Shown here: positions 17,616 to 24,522 of the stretch, one piece after another | Layout of the letters: every line of letters starts with the position of its first letter | How positions within the stretch are numbered: the first letter of the stretch is position 1 | Assembly: GCA_964500785.1 (NCBI GenBank) | Contig: CAZCQM010000001.1 | Span: 1 to 38,234 of the forward strand | Direction: 5' to 3' | DNA from: an uncultured bacterium | Lineage (GTDB): Bacteria; Krumholzibacteriota; Krumholzibacteriia; WVZY01; JAKEHA01 | DNA: 38,234 bases | The notes under the pieces: model-generated | What the model saw: the letters and a program-made list of their open reading frames with translations, nothing else | The model's database searches: none | Told to the model about the DNA's origin: nothing | Position numbers and translations under genes: made by a program

Positions 17616-20072
17616 AAGGAGGACTACCTCAACATCCACAAGATGCTCCTCCGGCAGGCGCTCGACATGATCCACGGCAACGGGTTCAAGTTCCTGATCG
17701 AGCAGACCTACCTGCTCGAGCAGATCGAGTCCGACGACCCCGTCCTGTTCGGAGAGATTCGCGAGGCCATCCTGGCGGGGCACATCGAGATCGCAGACGG
17801 CGAGTACCTGATGCCCGATCCCATGATCCCCGCCGAGGAAGTCCTCGTGCGCGAGATCCTCTTCGGCAAGCTCTACTGCAAGGAGACCTTCGGGGTCGAC
17901 GTGCCGGTCGCGTGGATGTCGGACGGTTTCGGTCTCAACGCGCAGCTCCCGCAGATCTACAAGAAGTCCGGCTACAAGTGGCTCGCCTTCCGCCGCGGCC
18001 TCCCGCGCTCGGTGGGATCCCGCACCAGCGAGTTCATGTGGGAAGGTCTCGACGGGACCCGGATCCTCGCGCACTGGATGCCCCTGGGGTATCGCGCCGG
18101 GCTCGACCTCACGAAGTGGAAGGAGTCGCTCGCGACGCTCGAGAATCTCGCGGCGACGCCCAACATCCTCATGCCGTGCGGGAGCGGGGGAATGCTCATC
18201 CAGGAGGAGATTCCCGACGCGGTGCGCGCGTGGAACCAGGGCAACGGCACTCCGAAGATGCAGATCTCCACGCCCAGCCAGTTCTTCGAGGCCGTCGATG
18301 CGGCCGGAGAGCCCCCGACGGTTTTTCGCGGCGAGCTTTACAGCGCCGATCTCGAGGACATCTTCCCGGACGTCGTATCGAGCCGCATATCGCTCAAGCT
18401 CGCCATCCGCGAGTGCGAGGATCTCATCAAGTCGGTGGAGAAGGCGGCGGCGCTCCGCTATCTGGGCGGGCGCGGCTATCCGTCCGACCGCCTCGAGGCG
18501 GCGTGGAAGAAGATGCTCTTTCTGTCGTTCCACGATGTCGTTCCCAGCTGCGGAATCGACGAGGTGTACGAAGAGGCGTGGGAGTACATCGCCGACATCA
18601 AGGCGTTCGCGAAGGCGTTCTACTCCACGATGGCCGACACCCTTCCCCGCAACCAGGCGCGCGGCGTGGCGATCATGGTGTTCAATCCGCACAGCTGGGA
18701 GATCAAGGACTGGGTGGAGGTCGACCTCAAGCTGGGGACGGGCTGGAGCAAGGAGCCCGGCGTCTACGTCGACGGCAAGGAAGTGGTGAGCGAGGCCCGG
18801 GACATCAAGCGCTGGGACGACGGCTCGATCCAGCGAACCAAGCTGGGATTCGTCGCCTCCGGGCCGCCGATGGGATACCGCGTCTACGAGGTGAAACCCA
18901 AGAGCCGCGAGTTCCGGAGCAAGAAGATCACCGTCAGCGGTACGTCCCTGTCCACGAAGTTCTTCGACGTGCGCGTGGACGAGCGCGGCATCCTGGAGGT
19001 TTTCGACCGCAACGGCAAGGAGATCGTGCGCGGCAACGAGGTCGTGATCGACGCCGAGGTCGGCGACCTCTACTTCCACAGGAGTTTCCTCGATCAGTGC
19101 CTCGGGTCGGAGAGCGGCGACGGGATCCGCTTCGGCGCCTTCAAGCCGGAAGGGTTGACCATCGAAAAAGGCGCGGTCCGCTCGATCATCACCTTCAAGA
19201 ACGCGTTCTACTGCCTGCGCTGGCCGTACTACCTGCTCGAGAAGTACAAACCGCTCCTGTACCGGCAGAAGACGCTGGAAGTCACCAAGCGCGTCATCGT
19301 CTACAACGACATCCCGCGCATCGACTTCTTCACCGAGATCGATCTGCAGCAGCCGCACGTCCGCGTCCGCCTGCGTTTCGACACGTGCATGGCCGCTCCG
19401 GCGTACACGCGCGAGACGCAGTTCGGCGCCATCGAGCTCCCCTACCAGCGCACCCTGGAGGAGGGCGTCAAGATGCCGTCGCTGACGTGGATCGTCGCCG
19501 AAGCGGGTGAACGCGGCCTTGCGTTCCTCACCAAGGGTGTGCCCATCAACGAGGTCAAGGGCGGCGAGATCTTCTGCACGCTGCTGCGCAGCGTTTCCGT
19601 GCTCTCGGCGGACGGCGTCAGCGGCCCGCTCATCCCGACCCCCGGCGCGATGGAGCTGGGCCGGCACACCTACCAGTACTCGATTTACCCGTACACCGGC
19701 GACTGGCGCGACGCCCAGGTGCCGCGGGAAGCGTACAGCTTCGGCGAGGGCCTGATCGGGTTCCAGGTCGACCGGCTGCCCGACGAGCGGGAGTCCGAGA
19801 CGTTCCATCTCGAGCCCGACAACCTGGTGACCTCGGCGCTGAAGAAGGCCGAGCGCGAGGAAGCCCTGATCCTGCGCTTTTTCGAGACCAGCGGCCGGGC
19901 CTGCCGGGCCCGTCTGTCGGTGCCTGCCACAATCGGCCGGGTGTCTCATGCGACGCTCCTGGAGGAGGATACGGGGGAAGGAGAGATCCCGATCCGAAAC
20001 GGGAAGGTCGAAATGGACGTCAAGCCCTTCGAGATCATCACCCTGAAGCTCAAAACAATGCTTGTGCCCTGA
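17610..20072 (+). CDS. Glycoside hydrolase family 38 alpha-mannosidase (MngB-like); the main ORF as written lacks the N-terminal HxHxD motif
   Basis: GHIEIADGEYLMPD...LFGKLY...PVAWMSDGFGLNAQLPQIYKKSGYKWLAFRRG (nucleophile Asp region), collinear with bacterial GH38 enzymes such as E. coli MngB. 820 aa. Confidence 0.85.
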   Translation: MTKEDYLNIHKMLLRQALDMIHGNGFKFLIEQTYLLEQIESDDPVLFGEIREAILAGHIEIADGEYLMPDPMIPAEEVLVREILFGKLYCKETFGVDVPVAWMSDGFGLNAQLPQIYKKSGYKWLAFRRGLPRSVGSRTSEFMWEGLDGTRILAHWMPLGYRAGLDLTKWKESLATLENLAATPNILMPCGSGGMLIQEEIPDAVRAWNQGNGTPKMQISTPSQFFEAVDAAGEPPTVFRGELYSADLEDIFPDVVSSRISLKLAIRECEDLIKSVEKAAALRYLGGRGYPSDRLEAAWKKMLFLSFHDVVPSCGIDEVYEEAWEYIADIKAFAKAFYSTMADTLPRNQARGVAIMVFNPHSWEIKDWVEVDLKLGTGWSKEPGVYVDGKEVVSEARDIKRWDDGSIQRTKLGFVASGPPMGYRVYEVKPKSREFRSKKITVSGTSLSTKFFDVRVDERGILEVFDRNGKEIVRGNEVVIDAEVGDLYFHRSFLDQCLGSESGDGIRFGAFKPEGLTIEKGAVRSIITFKNAFYCLRWPYYLLEKYKPLLYRQKTLEVTKRVIVYNDIPRIDFFTEIDLQQPHVRVRLRFDTCMAAPAYTRETQFGAIELPYQRTLEEGVKMPSLTWIVAEAGERGLAFLTKGVPINEVKGGEIFCTLLRSVSVLSADGVSGPLIPTPGAMELGRHTYQYSIYPYTGDWRDAQVPREAYSFGEGLIGFQVDRLPDERESETFHLEPDNLVTSALKKAEREEALILRFFETSGRACRARLSVPATIGRVSHATLLEEDTGEGEIPIRNGKVEMDVKPFEIITLKLKTMLVP

Positions 20073-20325
20073 CCGGGCGTTGACGCACTATTCCGCAGTC
20101 CATAGCCGCCCCGGATCAACGCTTTGAGAATGCGCATGTTGCATGGGGTCCTGCGTGGAAAAACTCGACAGTCGTTCCCGGCACCTCTGCGCCGGGGCGT
20201 ATTGTCCCTTCCGATGGCCGAACCCCGAAGCGGCACGCGAGTTGCGGTCTCCAACGCGCGGCGCCCGGCGCCGGTGAAAACCGGTCCATCACGGATTCTC
20301 CCCGTGAGGGCGCGTCGTTCCGGAT

Positions 20326-21234
20326 ATGGCCATGCCCGTACGTAAGACTTCGACGCCCGCGACGCCGCGGGCACCGGCGACCCGCAGCGGCGCCGGCCCC
20401 GGGCGTTGGGTGCTTCCTCCTCTCGTGCTGTTCGCGATCATCGCCGCCGTGGGGGCTCCCTACTTCCTGCTTCCGACCGCGGAGCGTCTCCGGTCCCCGC
20501 TGCACGTCTGGTTCCGCCCGTCCGGCTACATCGGGCAGACGACGGGCCTCATCACGTTCGTCGGATTCCTGTTCATGTGGCTCTTCCCGCTGCGGAAGAA
20601 GTTCCGCAAGGCCGAGTACCTGGGCCCGGTTCCACGCTGGCTGGACGTCCACATCGGCGTGGGTCTAGTGCTCCCGCTGACCGGGGCCATCCACGCCGGG
20701 TTCCACGTGGGCGGCGTCATCGGGCTGGGCTACATCGCCATGCTCATCGTGTGTGCGAGCGGCGTCATCGGCCGCTACCTCTACGTGCGCATTCCGCGCG
20801 GCCGCAGCGGCGTCGAGCTGGGTCTGGGCGACGTCGCCGCCCAGCAGCGCGCGCTCCTCGGCGAGATCGCCGACGCGACGGGGCTTCCCGTGCCCGAGGT
20901 CCAGGAGGCGCTCAAGGTCGACACGTCTCCGGTTCGCAAAGGCATCGTCGCCGCCTTCCTCCAGATGATCCGGGATGACATGGAGCGCGCACGCGTTGTG
21001 CGGCGTCTTCGCAAGCGCCTCAAGGCACGGGGGTCGAGCGCGGCGTCCCTGCGCAAGGTCTCGACGCTGGCGCGCCGCCAGATGTCGCTCAGCCAGCAGG
21101 CGCGGCTGCTCGACGTGACGCAGGGCATCTTCCGTTACTGGCACGCGGCGCACCGCCCCTTCGCCATCACCGCGTTTATCGCCGTCACGATCCACGTCGT
21201 GGTCGTGGTCGCCGTCGGCGCCACCTGGTTCTAG
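20326..21234 (+). CDS. Five-TM membrane protein with two H-x13-H pairs (ferric-reductase-domain-like di-heme b candidate)
   Basis: Predicted TM3 is LDVH-IGVGLVLPLTGAI-H and predicted TM5 is AAH-RPFAITAFIAVTI-H. Each His pair is exactly 13 residues apart, and the two helices have the same orientation. Arg-rich N-terminus and loops fit a cytoplasmic location. Confidence 0.55.
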   Translation: MAMPVRKTSTPATPRAPATRSGAGPGRWVLPPLVLFAIIAAVGAPYFLLPTAERLRSPLHVWFRPSGYIGQTTGLITFVGFLFMWLFPLRKKFRKAEYLGPVPRWLDVHIGVGLVLPLTGAIHAGFHVGGVIGLGYIAMLIVCASGVIGRYLYVRIPRGRSGVELGLGDVAAQQRALLGEIADATGLPVPEVQEALKVDTSPVRKGIVAAFLQMIRDDMERARVVRRLRKRLKARGSSAASLRKVSTLARRQMSLSQQARLLDVTQGIFRYWHAAHRPFAITAFIAVTIHVVVVVAVGATWF

Positions 21235-21252
21235 CGATCGTCCGAGGCCGCT

Positions 21253-22671
21253 ATGTGGATCACTACGGTAGCATTCGTCGTTCTGACCGCGTTGTTCGTG
21301 GCGCGTCACATGCGCCGGCGTGCGGGCGACACCAAAGGCACCCTGTGCCCGCGCTGTCGCGCCAACGTCCCACCCGGCGCGGCGCGGTGCCCGCGATGCC
21401 ACGTGCCGATGCAGCTCTACGAGGTCGTGAGCGCGAAGGCGGTCACCGATGACGCGGCGTCCGGGGGCGGTGGCGACGCGCACGCCGTGGTCCGCGCCGA
21501 CCTGTGCGTCGGGTGCGGCGCGTGCGTGCCCGTTTGTCCCGAACCCAACGCCATCAAACTGGTGGGCAAGCTCGCCACGGTGAATTCGACGCTGTGCAAG
21601 GGGCACGGCAACTGCGTCGAGGCGTGCCCGGTCGGGGGCATCGTGCTGACGACGGGCGAGGCGGTCCACCGGGTCGAGGTCCCCGAGATCGATACTGATT
21701 TCGAGAGCAACGTGCGCGGTGTCTACGTGGTGGGTGAGCTGGGCGGCCGCGGGCTGATCAAGAACGCCATCAACGAGGCCACCGTGGCCATCGAGCACAT
21801 CGCCGACGACCTCGCGCTGCGGCGCAAGACCGACGCCGAATCGGCCGGTATCCTGGATGTCATCATCGTGGGGAGCGGCCCGGCCGGGCTCGCCGCGGGG
21901 CTCGCGGCGAAGGCGCGCGATCTGCGCTACCTGGTCCTCGAGCGGGGCGCCCTGGCGGACACGATCCGCAAGTACCCGCGGGCAAAGTTCTTGCTTGCCG
22001 AGCCGGTACGCGTCCCCTTGTACGGAAACCTCTGGGTGTCCGACGCCTCCAAGGAGACCCTCCTCAAGGTATGGGAAGAGATCATCCAGCGCACGGGACT
22101 GGACGTGCGCACCAACCACCGCGTCACCGGCGTGGCGCCGGAGGGCGGGCATCTCGTTGTCCGGACCCCGGAGGAGGAGTTCCGCGCGCGGCGCGTGGTC
22201 CTGGCCATGGGGCGTCGCGGAAACCCGCGCCGGCTGGGGGTCACCGGCGAGGATGCGGGCAAGGTCATCTACGACGTCGTCGACATGGAGTCGTTCGCGG
22301 GGCAGCAGATGCTCGTCGTGGGCGGCGGCGACAGCGCGGTGGAGTCGGCGGTCGGCCTGGCTCGACAGCCGGGTACGAAGGTCACCCTGAGTTACCGGGG
22401 CGAGGAGTTCAAGCGAGTCAAGGAACGCAACCGGACCAAGCTCGAGGAAGCGGTGCGCGGCGGAACGCTGCGCGCTCTCCTGCAGAGTCAGGTCAAAGAG
22501 ATTCGTGAAAAAGAAGTCGTCATTGAAGTCGAGGGGCGGGAGGAAGTGTTTGCGAACGATACGGTGGTCGTCCGCATCGGTGGCGATCCGCCGTTTGCGT
22601 TCCTCGAGCAGATCGGAATCCGGATCGTCAAGAAGGACATCCCGCTTCCGCAGGAGGAGGTCTTTGCGTAA
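21253..22671 (+). CDS. Membrane-anchored NAD(P)/FAD-dependent oxidoreductase with zinc-ribbon and 2x[4Fe-4S] ferredoxin domain
   Basis: N-terminal TM helix followed by RRR; CPRC...CPRC; CVGCGACVPVCP and CKGHGNCVEACP; Rossmann motifs VIIVGSGPAGLAAG and LVVGGGDSAVE. Confidence 0.75.
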   Translation: MWITTVAFVVLTALFVARHMRRRAGDTKGTLCPRCRANVPPGAARCPRCHVPMQLYEVVSAKAVTDDAASGGGGDAHAVVRADLCVGCGACVPVCPEPNAIKLVGKLATVNSTLCKGHGNCVEACPVGGIVLTTGEAVHRVEVPEIDTDFESNVRGVYVVGELGGRGLIKNAINEATVAIEHIADDLALRRKTDAESAGILDVIIVGSGPAGLAAGLAAKARDLRYLVLERGALADTIRKYPRAKFLLAEPVRVPLYGNLWVSDASKETLLKVWEEIIQRTGLDVRTNHRVTGVAPEGGHLVVRTPEEEFRARRVVLAMGRRGNPRRLGVTGEDAGKVIYDVVDMESFAGQQMLVVGGGDSAVESAVGLARQPGTKVTLSYRGEEFKRVKERNRTKLEEAVRGGTLRALLQSQVKEIREKEVVIEVEGREEVFANDTVVVRIGGDPPFAFLEQIGIRIVKKDIPLPQEEVFA

Positions 22672-22693
22672 CACGGGGCTGGCCGCGCGGCGA

Positions 22694-24496
22694 ATGGCAG
22701 GATGCCGAACGCGCGTGGCTCTCCTGGCGATCGTGCTCGTACTCGGTTCGACTGCGGGGGCTCGCGCGCAGGTGTCGCCCGGCCCCCTGTCGAAGGCACA
22801 CGCAGATCTGGACGGCACGCTGGGATGCGCCCGGTGTCACGGAAAAGGCGAAGGTGAAATGGATCGCAGGTGCATGGCATGTCACGGGGAAATCGCTTCC
22901 CTCGTCTCGAACCGCCGGGGCTTCCACGGGCGCGAGGCGTCGAAGGACTGCGCCCACTGCCACCCCGATCACGGAGGGCGGGACTTCGCGCTCGTCGCGT
23001 GGCCGGACAAGAGCCCGGATAAGTTCGATCACAAGCGGACGGGATGGGCCCTTCGCGGCAAGCACGCCACGGTGGAGTGCAAGAAGTGCCACACGGCCGC
23101 GCATCTGAGCACCGAAATGGCGGGACTGGTGAAGAACAAGGATCGCGACCTCATCTGGGTCGGCATGGACTCGAACTGCAAGACGTGCCACGAGGACGTT
23201 CACCGCGGCGCCCTGGGCCCGAACTGCGCGTCGTGCCACTCCGAGGAGGGCTGGCGCCCGGTCCCCGGGTTCGACCATGCGAAGACGACGTTCCCGCTCA
23301 CCGGTCTGCACGGCAAGGTGCCGTGCGCGAAGTGCCACGAGGCGCCCGGCCTCAAGCTCGCCCACGACAGCGCGGGCAAGCCGATCCCCCTGTACAAGCC
23401 GCTTCCGCACGACGAGTGCGGCGCGTGCCACGCCGATCCGCACAAGGGCGCCTTCGGCGCGCGATGCAGCAGCTGTCACGTGACGGCGGGCTTCAAGGTT
23501 ATCGAGAAGGGACGCTTCGACCACGACAAGACGCGGTACCCGCTCCGTGGCAAGCACGCCGCGCTCGCGTGCGCGAAGTGTCACGACGAGAAGACGGCGT
23601 GGGGCAAGAAGCCGCCCTTCGCGACCTGCGGCGGGTGTCACAGGGACGCCCATGCCGGCCAGGCGACGCTGGCGGGGAAGCCGGCGGACTGCGCGTCGTG
23701 CCACACGGTCGAGGGGTTCACTCCCAGCACCTACACGGTCGACGATCATGCGAAGACGGGCTTCCCACTGGTCGGCGCCCACGCGCGCAACGCGTGCAAG
23801 TCCTGCCACGGACACACGCCCGCCGGGTCCGACGCGCAGGTGGCGGCGCTGCTGGGTCCCGCGAAGGTGTGGTTCCGCCCGACCCACGACCGCTGCGTCG
23901 ACTGCCACCGCGACCCGCACGAGGGGCGCTTCTCGCCGGGAGGCGATCGCGCGCGCTCGAAGGACTGCGTGGCCTGTCACACGATGGAGAGCTTCCGCCC
24001 GTCCACGTTCGACGCCGCCGCGCACAACGACGCCCGGCTCAAGCTGGAGGGCGCGCACCGCGCCGTGCCGTGCCTGGCGTGCCATGCGGAGCTAGATCCC
24101 GGTTCCGAGGCCGCGCGGGCCGCTCAGAAGAAGGCCCGCAAGGGAGGACACGGCAAGAACACCGAAGCCGCGGGCGTGACGCTGCTGTTCACGAGCGACA
24201 AACGCGTGTGCCGCGACTGTCACGAGAGCGCCCACAGCACGCAGTTCGATTCGAAGAAGAACCACGGCGCCTGCGACGCCTGTCACGACTCGGAGCGGTT
24301 CCGGCCCGCGAGTCGCTTCGATCACGACAAGGTCAAGTCCTTCCCTCTGGAAGGCGCACACCAGAAGGTCGCGTGTGACAAGTGTCACCCGACCGTAACG
24401 ACTTCAAAAGGAAAGAAAATGATACTGTACCGGCCGCTCTCGTCGCGCTGCGAGAGCTGTCATACGAACGAGGATCTTCTCCGGATGCGCAATTGA
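22694..24496 (+). CDS. Periplasmic multiheme c-type cytochrome, 20 CXXCH motifs
   Basis: Signal peptide (STAGARA-QV). I counted 20 CXXCH by eye. The module FDH..T.FPL.G.H....C..CH recurs. The ATG at 22694 follows the previous stop at 22671; the listed 22505 start overlaps the upstream gene. Confidence 0.9.
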   Translation: MAGCRTRVALLAIVLVLGSTAGARAQVSPGPLSKAHADLDGTLGCARCHGKGEGEMDRRCMACHGEIASLVSNRRGFHGREASKDCAHCHPDHGGRDFALVAWPDKSPDKFDHKRTGWALRGKHATVECKKCHTAAHLSTEMAGLVKNKDRDLIWVGMDSNCKTCHEDVHRGALGPNCASCHSEEGWRPVPGFDHAKTTFPLTGLHGKVPCAKCHEAPGLKLAHDSAGKPIPLYKPLPHDECGACHADPHKGAFGARCSSCHVTAGFKVIEKGRFDHDKTRYPLRGKHAALACAKCHDEKTAWGKKPPFATCGGCHRDAHAGQATLAGKPADCASCHTVEGFTPSTYTVDDHAKTGFPLVGAHARNACKSCHGHTPAGSDAQVAALLGPAKVWFRPTHDRCVDCHRDPHEGRFSPGGDRARSKDCVACHTMESFRPSTFDAAAHNDARLKLEGAHRAVPCLACHAELDPGSEAARAAQKKARKGGHGKNTEAAGVTLLFTSDKRVCRDCHESAHSTQFDSKKNHGACDACHDSERFRPASRFDHDKVKSFPLEGAHQKVACDKCHPTVTTSKGKKMILYRPLSSRCESCHTNEDLLRMRN

Positions 24497-24522
24497 ACCG
24501 CCTGACGGCGAGGTGATTGGTT

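Noticed and set aside
17445-19949. 834-aa minus-strand ORF and 650-aa plus-strand ORF (17558-19510) overlapping the GH38 gene
   Set aside because: Apart from the first ~18 codons of the 17558 frame (the HTHYD motif, reported separately), these are shadow frames with no family similarity.
19946-20652. Minus-strand ORFs (142 aa and 178 aa) covering the GH38 / membrane-protein intergenic region
   Set aside because: They are Arg-rich with no motifs, no RBS and no sensible neighbours, and they overlap the start of the FRD-like gene. I also scanned the 253-nt gap for tRNA-like or riboswitch-like cores and saw none.
22505-22693. Upstream extension of the 20-heme cytochrome (MKKKSSLKSRGG...)
   Set aside because: It would overlap the last 167 nt of the flavoprotein gene and place 63 basic residues in front of an otherwise normal signal peptide. 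The ATG at 22694 follows the preceding stop.
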